From positions 96,833 through 160,832 of the forward strand of contig CACKRO010000001.1 of the NCBI GenBank assembly GCA_902602695.1: DNA of 64,000 nt, in the 5' to 3' direction. Shown here piece by piece: positions 28,615 to 37,633 of this stretch. Position numbers and translations under genes: made by a program. Numbering within the stretch: position 1 is the stretch's first letter; each line of letters opens with the position of its first letter. This DNA comes from an uncultured Alphaproteobacteria bacterium. Its GTDB lineage: Bacteria > Pseudomonadota > Alphaproteobacteria > HIMB59 > GCA-002718135. The notes beneath the pieces were generated by a model. That model made no database searches, was not told the DNA's origin, and saw only the letters and a list, made by a program, of their open reading frames with translations.

Positions 28615-31568
28615 AAACAAGTAGATTAAAAAATTATGGAAAAATTAATAGAGATAATGATTTATCTTTTACTTGGGATAATAAAAAATACAAAGGTTTT
28701 AAAGGCGATACACTAGCATCAGCATTGTTAGCTAATAATATTGGAGTTGTTGGAAGAAGTTTTAAATACCATAGACCAAGAGGTATATTTTCAAGTGGTG
28801 TTGAAGAATCTGGTGCTTTAGTAACTGTAGGTTCAAAAGATAGAAGAGATCCTAATGTAAGGGCAACGACCCAGGAATTATATGATGGTTTAAAAGCCAG
28901 TGGTCAGAATGCTTTCCCCAATGTAAATTTTGACCTTGCTGGAATTAATAATTATCTAGGTAGGTTTTTTGCATCTGGTTTTTATTATAAAACTTTTATG
29001 GGAATACCACCTTTTGAATGGGGAAAAGGTACAGCTATATGGATGTTTTTTGAAAAGTTTATAAGAAAAGCAGCTGGAATGGGAAGTGCTTCTACGTTAC
29101 CTGATCCAGATTCTTATGAACACGCACACGATTTTTGTGATGTAATTGTTGTTGGTTCAGGGCCATCCGGTATTGCAGCCGCAATTGAGGCAGCGGAGAA
29201 AAAATTAGATGTTATTTTAGTAGAGCAAGACAGTCTTATTGGAGGAGATCAACTTTCAGAATATGAATTTGATAGCTCACATATTGAAAATCAAATTAAA
29301 AACCTTGGTATAAAAGTAATGACTAGGACAACAGCATTTGGATTATACGATAATTGTGTTGTTGGTTTATTGGAAAGAGTAACAGACCATTTATTGTTAC
29401 CAGATAAAACACTACCACGTCAAAGATTTTGGACTATTAGAGCTAAACATATAATTGTTGGTGCGGGAGCGATAGAAAGACATATTGCATTTAATAATAA
29501 TGATATTCCTGGCGTAATGACAGTGAATGCTTCAAAGCATTATTTAAATAGATATGGAGTACTAACAGGTAAAAAAATTGTAATTACTGCAAATAATGAC
29601 TCTGTTTATGAAACTGCAGAACTATTATCTGAAGCTGGAGCAAATGTTACTGTTCTTGACTCACGAACGAATTTTGAAATTGAAACCAACAAAACTTTTG
29701 AAATTAGAAGAGGGTATGTGCCTTATAATATTAACGGTTCAAAAAAAATTGATAGTTTAGACATATCAAAAAGTAAAAATATTAGTAAATCTGAAACAAT
29801 AAATTGTGATCAAGTTTTATTATCAGGTGGTTGGTCTCCTGCAGTACATTTGTTATCGCATAGAGGTGTAAAGCCTAAATGGGATTATGAAAATGCATGT
29901 TTTTTACCGAGTGATACCAAAGAGAATATCACAATGATTGGTTCTTCGAGAGGATTATGGAATAAAAATGATTGTATTGCTTCTGGAGTTGCAGGTGCTA
30001 CTGATGCATTAAATCGTTTAGGTATTTCCAAAACAAATTATTTTTTTCCAAAACCTGGTGGATGGAAGAATCCAATAAAACCACTTTACGAAGTAAAATA
30101 TAATAAATCTAGATCAAAAAGTTTTGTTGATTATCAACACGATGTAACTTCAGATGATGTACGACTGGCACACCGTGAAGGTTTCATTTCAGTAGAACAT
30201 CTTAAAAGATATACAACTTTGGGTATGGCTAATGATCAGGGAAAGATGGGAAACATTATTGGATTATCCTTAATGGCTGATCTTTTAAATAAAGAAATTC
30301 CAGAAGTTGGAACGACTGTATTCAGACCTCCTTACACTCCAGTTTCTATTGGAGCTTTAAGTGGAAGAAATGTTGGAAAACATTTTAGACCATTAAGAGT
30401 TACACCAATGCATCAATGGAATATTGATCATGGTGCTAAGATGATTGAAGTAGGTTTGTATCAAAGACCTTGGTATTATCCTAAAGAAAATGAAACATTA
30501 AGTAACTCTTATATTAGAGAAGCAACAACAGTAAGAAAAACAGTTGGAATTTGTGATGTTACTTCACTAGGTAAGATTGCTATTCAAGGACCAGACTCTT
30601 CCGAATTTTTAAATAGAATCTATTCTAATGGTTTTTCAAAACTAAAAGTTGGGAAAGCTAGATACGGTATCATGTTGCGTGATGACGGCATTGTAATGGA
30701 TGATGGAACATCTTGGAGATTAGCAGAAAATGAATATTTTATGACGACATCTACAGGTGAAGCTGCAAAAGTAATGTCATGGTTAGAAGAATTACTACAA
30801 ACTAGATGGACAAATCTTAATGTTAATGTGACTAGTGTTTCTGAACAATGGGCCGGTGTATCAATTGCAGGACCTAAATCTAGAGAAGTTCTTAATAATT
30901 GTGTCATTGATTCTTCAGTTATAAATAATAATAACTTACCTTTTATGGGTGTTACCTCAACTTTTCTTAAAGGTAAAATTCCTTGTAGAATTGCAAGAAT
31001 TAGTTTCTCAGGTGAATTAGCTTTTGAAGTTTATGTTAAATCAGATTTTTCCAATACAATGATGGATCTACTTTGGGAAAATGCAAAAAAAAATGATGGG
31101 TGTTTGTACGGATTAGAGGCTTTGGGCGCACTTAGAGTAGAAAAAGGTCATGTGACAGCTGCAGAGCTTGATGGAAGGGTAACAATTGATGATGCAGGTT
31201 TAAGCAAAATGGCTTCTTCAAAAAAATCATATATTGGAAGCGCAATGAGAAAACGAGGAGTATTAAAAAATAATGATAGAGAAATTTTAGTTGGTTTTTT
31301 TCCTGCAAACTTAAAGGAAACTTTTAATGCTGGAACTATTGTGTGTGAAAAACATAATATTAAAGGACAGGGTATTGGAAGAATTACTTCAGTCACTTAT
31401 TCTCCAGAACTTGGACATTGGATTGGTATAGGTTTTGTAAAAGGTGGTTTAGATAGATGGAAAGATACTATTTTAGTTGGCGCAGATCCTGTGAGAAATA
31501 AACAAATGAATTTAAAAATTGTTTCGCCACATATGGTAGATCCAAAAGGGGAAAGAATGCATGCTTAG
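28611..31568 (+). CDS. soxA: sarcosine oxidase, alpha subunit
   Basis: 985 aa. N-terminal 2Fe-2S-like/TFTWDNKKYKGFKGDTLASALLAN segment, DVIVVGSGPSGIAAA dinucleotide fold, C-terminal GcvT-like folate-binding domain. ATGA overlap with soxD. Confidence 0.9.
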   Translation: MKTSRLKNYGKINRDNDLSFTWDNKKYKGFKGDTLASALLANNIGVVGRSFKYHRPRGIFSSGVEESGALVTVGSKDRRDPNVRATTQELYDGLKASGQNAFPNVNFDLAGINNYLGRFFASGFYYKTFMGIPPFEWGKGTAIWMFFEKFIRKAAGMGSASTLPDPDSYEHAHDFCDVIVVGSGPSGIAAAIEAAEKKLDVILVEQDSLIGGDQLSEYEFDSSHIENQIKNLGIKVMTRTTAFGLYDNCVVGLLERVTDHLLLPDKTLPRQRFWTIRAKHIIVGAGAIERHIAFNNNDIPGVMTVNASKHYLNRYGVLTGKKIVITANNDSVYETAELLSEAGANVTVLDSRTNFEIETNKTFEIRRGYVPYNINGSKKIDSLDISKSKNISKSETINCDQVLLSGGWSPAVHLLSHRGVKPKWDYENACFLPSDTKENITMIGSSRGLWNKNDCIASGVAGATDALNRLGISKTNYFFPKPGGWKNPIKPLYEVKYNKSRSKSFVDYQHDVTSDDVRLAHREGFISVEHLKRYTTLGMANDQGKMGNIIGLSLMADLLNKEIPEVGTTVFRPPYTPVSIGALSGRNVGKHFRPLRVTPMHQWNIDHGAKMIEVGLYQRPWYYPKENETLSNSYIREATTVRKTVGICDVTSLGKIAIQGPDSSEFLNRIYSNGFSKLKVGKARYGIMLRDDGIVMDDGTSWRLAENEYFMTTSTGEAAKVMSWLEELLQTRWTNLNVNVTSVSEQWAGVSIAGPKSREVLNNCVIDSSVINNNNLPFMGVTSTFLKGKIPCRIARISFSGELAFEVYVKSDFSNTMMDLLWENAKKNDGCLYGLEALGALRVEKGHVTAAELDGRVTIDDAGLSKMASSKKSYIGSAMRKRGVLKNNDREILVGFFPANLKETFNAGTIVCEKHNIKGQGIGRITSVTYSPELGHWIGIGFVKGGLDRWKDTILVGADPVRNKQMNLKIVSPHMVDPKGERMHA

Positions 31569-32124
31569 ACATTCAGCGTTAGATAAAATTTATAAAGTTG
31601 GAAAATATTCATCAAGTGAAAGACAATCATTAACATTTAAAGAATTAAAAAGTTTAGAAATTTTACAAATTACTTGTTGGGCTGACAAAATTGATGAAAT
31701 AAATAATCTATTAATAAATAATTTAAAAATTAAAAATATTCCCGGTTTCAATAAAGGGATTTTGTTTGAGAATAAATCATTATGGAGAATGGAACCTTTG
31801 AAATGGTGGTTATTTAGTAAAGAAATTGAAGTAAGTGAGCAAATTGCTTCAATTTTAGACTTGTCTCATGCTTTCACAGGTATTGAAATTAAAGGAGATA
31901 ATTCATCATTATTTTTAAATAGACATCTTCCGATTGATTTAAGAGCTAGAAATTTTCCAGATTTATCATCCGCTAGCACAGCTATGCATCATGTAAGTGT
32001 TAAGCTATTTAAAATAAACTCGAATAACTACTGTTTATATATACCAAGAGGTTTTGCTTTATCAATTTGGGAGATGCTTCTTGAAACAGCAGATCAGTTT
32101 GGATATGAAGTATTAGAGAGATAG
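31561..32124 (+). CDS. soxG: sarcosine oxidase, gamma subunit
   Basis: 187 aa in the canonical slot after soxA (8-nt overlap). Size and position fit SoxG; the sequence itself is poorly conserved. Confidence 0.75.
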   Translation: MLRHSALDKIYKVGKYSSSERQSLTFKELKSLEILQITCWADKIDEINNLLINNLKIKNIPGFNKGILFENKSLWRMEPLKWWLFSKEIEVSEQIASILDLSHAFTGIEIKGDNSSLFLNRHLPIDLRARNFPDLSSASTAMHHVSVKLFKINSNNYCLYIPRGFALSIWEMLLETADQFGYEVLER

Positions 32125-32143
32125 AAAGATTATCTAAAAAATT

Positions 32144-33319
32144 ATGATATTTTCACAAGATGAATTTAATTCAAGAATTGCAAAAGTAAAACAGTCTATG
32201 AATAAAAGAGGTGTTGATATTCTATTAACTACCGATCCCTCTAATATGAATTATCTAACTGGTTATGATGGGTGGTCATTTTATGTTCCTCAAGGAGTAA
32301 TAATTTCTATAGATGAAGATCAGCCATTTTGGTTTGGAAGAAAGCAAGATTCGAATGGAGCTAGGATTACAACTTTTTTAAATGAAGAAAATATATTTGG
32401 TTATCCTGAGCAACTAATTCAATCACCACCATTACATCCATATGATTATGTAGTTGAATTATTTAAAGACAAAAATTGGTCAAGTAAAAATATTGGCGTT
32501 GAAATGGATAGCTATTATTATACTGCAGAAAATCATAGGAGATTAAAAGATAATTTAACAAATGCTAAATTTATTAATGCGCATCTTCTAATTAATTGGG
32601 TTAGATATGTAAAATCTGAAAATGAAATAAAATTCATGAAAGATGCTGGCACACTTGTGAAAGGAGGAATGGAAACAGCATTTGATTCAATAAAAGAAGG
32701 TGTAAAACAAAGTACAGTTGCAGGAAAAATTCAAAATACTCTCATTGCTGGAAATGACACAACACAAATGGGAGGAGAATATTCAGGCTTAGGTATAATA
32801 CTTGCAAGTGGGAGATCAGCATCAGCATCACACTTAACTCCTAGTGATAAAAAATTTGAAAATAATGAAGGAACAATTATTGAATTAGGTGGCGTGAAAC
32901 ATCGTTATCACTGTGCTTTATCCAGAACTGTGTATATTGGTAAACCTGATCCAAAGATATCGGATACATTAAAAATAACAAATGAAGGTATTGAGAAAGC
33001 TTTAGAACAAACAAATCCAGGTAATAGTTGTCATAATGTTGCTGTTGCTTTTTGGTCAGTATTAGAAAAATATGGATTAGAAAAAGAGTCAAGAGCTGGT
33101 TACTCAATTGGTATTGGTTATCCTCCTGATTGGGGAGAACACACCCTTAGTATACGGAAAAATGAAAAGACACTTTTAGAACCTAATGTTACCTATCATC
33201 TTATGTGTGGAATGTGGATGGATACATGGGGATTAGAACTAAGTGAATCAGTTAGAGTAACAGAGTCAGGTTATGAATTACTTACTCAAGTCCCTAGAGA
33301 TTTGCATATAATAAATTAA
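32144..33319 (+). CDS. M24 hydrolase of the creatinase / ectoine-hydrolase (DoeA/EutD) type
   Basis: 391 aa. N-domain DPSNMNYLTGYDGWSFYV, which I associate with the DoeA/EutD subfamily, plus a pita-bread C-domain (HRYHCALSRT, GYSIGIGYPPDWGE). Confidence 0.7.
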   Translation: MIFSQDEFNSRIAKVKQSMNKRGVDILLTTDPSNMNYLTGYDGWSFYVPQGVIISIDEDQPFWFGRKQDSNGARITTFLNEENIFGYPEQLIQSPPLHPYDYVVELFKDKNWSSKNIGVEMDSYYYTAENHRRLKDNLTNAKFINAHLLINWVRYVKSENEIKFMKDAGTLVKGGMETAFDSIKEGVKQSTVAGKIQNTLIAGNDTTQMGGEYSGLGIILASGRSASASHLTPSDKKFENNEGTIIELGGVKHRYHCALSRTVYIGKPDPKISDTLKITNEGIEKALEQTNPGNSCHNVAVAFWSVLEKYGLEKESRAGYSIGIGYPPDWGEHTLSIRKNEKTLLEPNVTYHLMCGMWMDTWGLELSESVRVTESGYELLTQVPRDLHIIN

Positions 33320-34032
33320 TCATTTGCATCACCACCTCCAGCACCTTTGGCTCTAGATTCCTCTGATTCAGGTACAAAAGTTCTAAAAGCTATCTTAGAT
33401 ATTTGATCCCAAGATTTTTTATCAGGATTTATGCCTTCAGATAGCAAATTATTTATATTTGATGATGGAATATTAATATCTAACTTTTGATCATTTAAAA
33501 TATTTTTTGTAAGTAAAAGATCAAAATTTCTTTGATAATTTGTAGAGATAATATCTCTATTAATACTAATATTTTTATTTGTTATTTGAGCATCAACTTT
33601 TTGATCTAACAAAAACTGTGAATTGATATTTTTTTTTGCATACTTATAAAGCAAAGGTATTAGGAATATGGGATCATTGCAATTTTTTAAAGTTAATTTT
33701 AAATTTTCTTTTTTATCTACTTTTGATATTAAATAATCAATTAATCCTGGCCCTATCATTAATGAAGACTTATTATTACAATCAAACTCATCATTTATAT
33801 TTGATGGATTTATGCTGGCATTAAAAGTGTTATCTAATTCTTTAATTTTTAATGTTAATAATTTGATTCCGTCTAAACCAAGTATTTCAAGCCAAGTTGT
33901 AATAAATGCAGCATCTTCATCTGATCCATATGTGAACCCTAATCCTGAAAAAGCTCGCTGTGAATTAGTGTAAACTTCATAGTAAGAGTAACTCACAGAT
34001 ATTAATATGAATTCATTGTTGCAAAACCCCAT
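33316..34032 (-). CDS. conserved hypothetical protein (possibly DUF3726-like)
   Basis: 238-aa ORF. The N-terminal YEVYTNSQRAFSGLGFTYGSDEDAAFITTWLEILGLDG and C-terminal SEESRAKGAGGGDAND resemble, from memory, the DUF3726 pattern. An alternative GTG start at 33996 lies 5 nt after the upstream stop and avoids the 31-nt overlap. Confidence 0.65.
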   Translation of the reverse strand: MGFCNNEFILISVSYSYYEVYTNSQRAFSGLGFTYGSDEDAAFITTWLEILGLDGIKLLTLKIKELDNTFNASINPSNINDEFDCNNKSSLMIGPGLIDYLISKVDKKENLKLTLKNCNDPIFLIPLLYKYAKKNINSQFLLDQKVDAQITNKNISINRDIISTNYQRNFDLLLTKNILNDQKLDINIPSSNINNLLSEGINPDKKSWDQISKIAFRTFVPESEESRAKGAGGGDAND

Positions 34033-35666
34033 TCATCAACATTTTTATTGTTTAGATCTGATAAATAAGGGGCTCCAGAAAAAAAACTTACTCTTAACCA
34101 TCTATCTGACTTAGGATCATATCGATTGGCACCAAAAAAAGATAATTTAAATCTTAACATATCAATTGGTATTGTTTTTTTATCGAGAACATTATCTTGA
34201 ACTTCCGAATAAGGATAATTTTTTAAAGATTGTATTCTTTTAACAATTCCTCTGTATTGAGGATATGTTAATAAAAATTCACAAATTAATTGATTTTCAT
34301 CTATATTTTTAATTTGCTTAAATAAATCATTAACCATTTTTGCAATTCCTAAATTTTGCTCTAACTCACTTCCTTGTTCATTATATCTTTCACCTAATCT
34401 AGGTTCTAACTTTGCTGCTGAAACATACCAAAATAAATAATCGCTATCTTTGTTATTAAAATCAATATTTTTTATCCAAGAATATTTATCATTGATTATT
34501 TTATTCAAATCTCCAATAGATTGATTTCCATCAATATCCATTATCTCCTCATCTGCCATATCTTCTGCTAATTCCTCTGATACTTGAGGATACAATTCAA
34601 TTAGTTGTACTCTCGCAATTTCTTGAGTATCATTATTAAAATTCGAATCACAATAATCTAAGATATCTAACCATTTAAATTTTTGAGAAAGATCTAAGTC
34701 ACTAATATAAAAAATATATTTTTTTAAATCCTCAGTAGTTACTTTATTTTTATTAATTTGGAATTGATCACTTGTGCTTACTTCTTCAAGATAATTTAAA
34801 GCTTTATTCAAAAGTTTTTTATACTTTTCAAAAACTATATTATCTAAATTAATTTGAGCAATTTCGTGTAATGTCTTTGTGTATTGAATCATCCATTTAT
34901 TAATTAACTTTGGATGTTTAATAATAAAAGGTGCCATGCCTAAACCTGTTGAATTACCAATACCAAAATGTTGTTTAATTTTTCTATCTAATTTTACAGC
35001 CTTTTCTGGATTAATTTGCTTTGCAACATGCTCAACTAATTCTACACTAAATTCTCTGATTAAATATACCGACAACATTTCTGCTCTAAAAGGTTGATTG
35101 AAAACAGTTGTATTTTTTGTATTAGTAAAATCTGATAAACCAAATTTACCGCTACCATAAACAGCAGTAGTTCTTAATAAATACCCAACTTTATTTATTT
35201 CATTTATATCTGGCTGATTACCTTTTGAAAGACAATCAACAACATACTGAAACAATCTAACACTTTTGTTTGCTCTGCTAAGAATCAACTCGTCTGGAGA
35301 GTTTCGTCCAGATTCTTGCAGAGGAATAGTTTTTTTTAATCTGTTTAGATCTTCGTTTGATAATTTACCTATATGTAACGTGTAGGCTGTATCCCATTTA
35401 TCAGCAATAACTCTATCACTTCTATCTTTATCATCTAGAAAAGCAGAGAAGCATACAAGTGAATAAGTATCTTTATTAATAATAATTTCATAAACAACTG
35501 TACCATAACCATCTTTATCTAAATCAAATTTCGATTTATATATTTCCCACTTGTCGTTAATTAATTTTCTTAACATACTTCTAGAAAAACTAAGGCGCGA
35601 GGGATAGCGTGATCCCATTCTTGATAGTTTCATGAAGTTATCGTTATCTCTTACTTTTTGTAACAT
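34002..35666 (-). CDS. hypothetical protein, 554 aa, no recognised motif
   Basis: Long uninterrupted ORF with normal amino-acid composition for this genome. No Walker, Rossmann, metal or TM motif that I can recognise. Tightly coupled to the downstream 238-aa gene. Confidence 0.75.
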   Translation of the reverse strand: MLQKVRDNDNFMKLSRMGSRYPSRLSFSRSMLRKLINDKWEIYKSKFDLDKDGYGTVVYEIIINKDTYSLVCFSAFLDDKDRSDRVIADKWDTAYTLHIGKLSNEDLNRLKKTIPLQESGRNSPDELILSRANKSVRLFQYVVDCLSKGNQPDINEINKVGYLLRTTAVYGSGKFGLSDFTNTKNTTVFNQPFRAEMLSVYLIREFSVELVEHVAKQINPEKAVKLDRKIKQHFGIGNSTGLGMAPFIIKHPKLINKWMIQYTKTLHEIAQINLDNIVFEKYKKLLNKALNYLEEVSTSDQFQINKNKVTTEDLKKYIFYISDLDLSQKFKWLDILDYCDSNFNNDTQEIARVQLIELYPQVSEELAEDMADEEIMDIDGNQSIGDLNKIINDKYSWIKNIDFNNKDSDYLFWYVSAAKLEPRLGERYNEQGSELEQNLGIAKMVNDLFKQIKNIDENQLICEFLLTYPQYRGIVKRIQSLKNYPYSEVQDNVLDKKTIPIDMLRFKLSFFGANRYDPKSDRWLRVSFFSGAPYLSDLNNKNVDEWGFATMNSY

Positions 35667-35720
35667 TTATTAAATATGTATAGTTAATTTTTGTTTTTTC
35701 ATTAATAGAAGTATTAATCT

Positions 35721-36707
35721 ATGTCAAAAATAAGTGAAGATATACTTTTAATTGATGGTCTCGAGTATTGTAATTGGAATAGGGAATTATTTGAAAATGC
35801 GCACCAAGCTAGATTATCTGCAATTCATGTGACATTAGTCTATTGGGAAAATACTGAAGAGTCATTTGAAAAAATTAATTATTGGCACCATCTTTTTAGA
35901 GAGCATCATGACATTATTGCTCACGCAAAAACTACAGAAGATATTTTGGATGCTAAAAAAAATAATAAAGTTGCAATTATTTTTGGTTTTCAAAACTCTG
36001 CTCCAATTGCAAATGATATATTTTTAATTGAAAAATTTTTTGAAGCAGGTGTAAGATTCATGCAACTCACTTATAATAATCAAACTCCACTTGCTGGAGG
36101 ATGTTTTGAGCCAAAAGATTCAGGTGTTTCACGATTTGGAAAAACTGTTATTGAAGAAATGAATCGTCTTGGAATGATTGTAGACTTAAGTCATGCAGGT
36201 AAGCAAACTTGTCTTGATGCCATTGAAGTTTCAAATAAGCCAGTAGCAATTTCTCATGCTAATCCAAGCTTCTTTCACAAATCGAAAAGAAATATTGATA
36301 CTGATATTTTAAAAAAACTTGTTAATAAAAATGGTTTTATTGGTTTAAGTTTGTATCCTTACCATCTTAAAAATTTAGGTGATTGCACCGCAGAAGATTT
36401 TTGTGAAATGATTAAGGAGTTAATAAACTTAATTGGTGAAGATAATATTGGAATAGGGTCAGATCTTTGTTTAAATTGGCCTGACAATGTTGTTATGTGG
36501 ATGAGAAATGGTAAGTGGACAAAAGATATTGATTATGGTGAATCTAAAGATAAAAACCCTAAATGGCCCAACTTACCAAGTTGGTATAAACAACCAAGTG
36601 ACTTAAATAATTTATTTAATTTTATGTGTGAAAATCATATTCCAGAAAAAGTTTCTACAAAAATTATTGGTCAGAATTGGTTTAACTTTATGAAAAATCA
36701 ATTTTAA
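35721..36707 (+). CDS. M19 (renal/membrane dipeptidase) family protein with atypical metal-ligand set
   Basis: 328 aa. GVRFMQLTYNNQTP, FGKTVIEEMNRLGMIVDLSHAG, PVAISHANP and GIGSDL align by eye with M19 motifs. The N-terminal DGHxD is DGLEY and the GxEGG is GFQNS. Confidence 0.7.
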   Translation: MSKISEDILLIDGLEYCNWNRELFENAHQARLSAIHVTLVYWENTEESFEKINYWHHLFREHHDIIAHAKTTEDILDAKKNNKVAIIFGFQNSAPIANDIFLIEKFFEAGVRFMQLTYNNQTPLAGGCFEPKDSGVSRFGKTVIEEMNRLGMIVDLSHAGKQTCLDAIEVSNKPVAISHANPSFFHKSKRNIDTDILKKLVNKNGFIGLSLYPYHLKNLGDCTAEDFCEMIKELINLIGEDNIGIGSDLCLNWPDNVVMWMRNGKWTKDIDYGESKDKNPKWPNLPSWYKQPSDLNNLFNFMCENHIPEKVSTKIIGQNWFNFMKNQF

Positions 36708-37612
36708 TTTCTGCTACTAATAAAAGAAGCAGATAATAAACTTAATATTACAATAGAAGCTCCAACTATTTGATAAGTTTCTAAATTTTCCTTTAATAAA
36801 AAAACAGCACCAAGTACACCCACCAAGGGCTCTAAGTATAAAAATAAAGCTGTATATGATTGACCAATTTTTGGAATAGCAATTAATTGTGACAACAGTG
36901 CCAAACTATAACAAATTGAAGGAATTATAATTAAAAGATAAATGCCGATATCAAAATTAAAATTTAAAGAAAAAAATATTTTTAATATTACAAAAAAGAA
37001 AAAAGTATTAAAAACATTTATAAATATATTTATTGGTATAGGAGATATCCCTCTTAATGACATTTTTTGATTTGTTACAATCATACTTGTAGCTCCAAGA
37101 GAAGCTAGAAAAGCTAAAAAAATACCTACTAAATTTATTACTTTAAAAGATGGACCTAAAACTAAAATAATCCCTAAAAATGTTAAAAAAAAAAGAATTT
37201 TTACAGTTAAATAAATTTTTTCTTTATCAACAATAATTGAATATAGAAGTACATATATTGGATAAAGACAAAAAATTAGGATAGTAAGGCTAACTTCGAT
37301 AAATACAACTGAAATTAATAATCCTAGAGTTAAAAATATTGAACCAACTGATATTGATAAAAAGTAATATATATTTTTTTTAAAATTACTAAGAAGATTT
37401 TTTTGATAAGGTATAAAAGGTAATATTATAATTGAAGCAACTGCATATCGTAAAAATATAGCTAAACCTACTGATGCACCTGCATTATAAGCTATTTTAG
37501 TAGTAGGCCCAATTAAGCCAAATAAAATTCCCGCAACTAAAGCAAAAATAACACCAAATATGAACATTTTTAAAATTAACTTTTGACTATTTGGTTTCGT
37601 CCAGTTATTCAA
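36704..37612 (-). CDS. DMT-superfamily (EamA) transporter
   Basis: 302 aa, about 10 hydrophobic helices in two repeats. Typical EamA architecture. Confidence 0.75.
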   Translation of the reverse strand: MNNWTKPNSQKLILKMFIFGVIFALVAGILFGLIGPTTKIAYNAGASVGLAIFLRYAVASIIILPFIPYQKNLLSNFKKNIYYFLSISVGSIFLTLGLLISVVFIEVSLTILIFCLYPIYVLLYSIIVDKEKIYLTVKILFFLTFLGIILVLGPSFKVINLVGIFLAFLASLGATSMIVTNQKMSLRGISPIPINIFINVFNTFFFFVILKIFFSLNFNFDIGIYLLIIIPSICYSLALLSQLIAIPKIGQSYTALFLYLEPLVGVLGAVFLLKENLETYQIVGASIVILSLLSASFISSRN

Positions 37613-37633
37613 GCATCATTACAAATATTTAAT

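Noticed and set aside
37583-37633. TTG start (37583) for the ABC ATPase, and ATG 42144 for the FAD oxidoreductase
   Set aside because: Both extensions overlap the neighbouring gene (by 30 nt and 53 nt). Both add sequence ahead of the expected N-termini, which are MNNPSQSFVKFEKI for the ATPase and the Rossmann fold right after GTG 42201 for the oxidoreductase.
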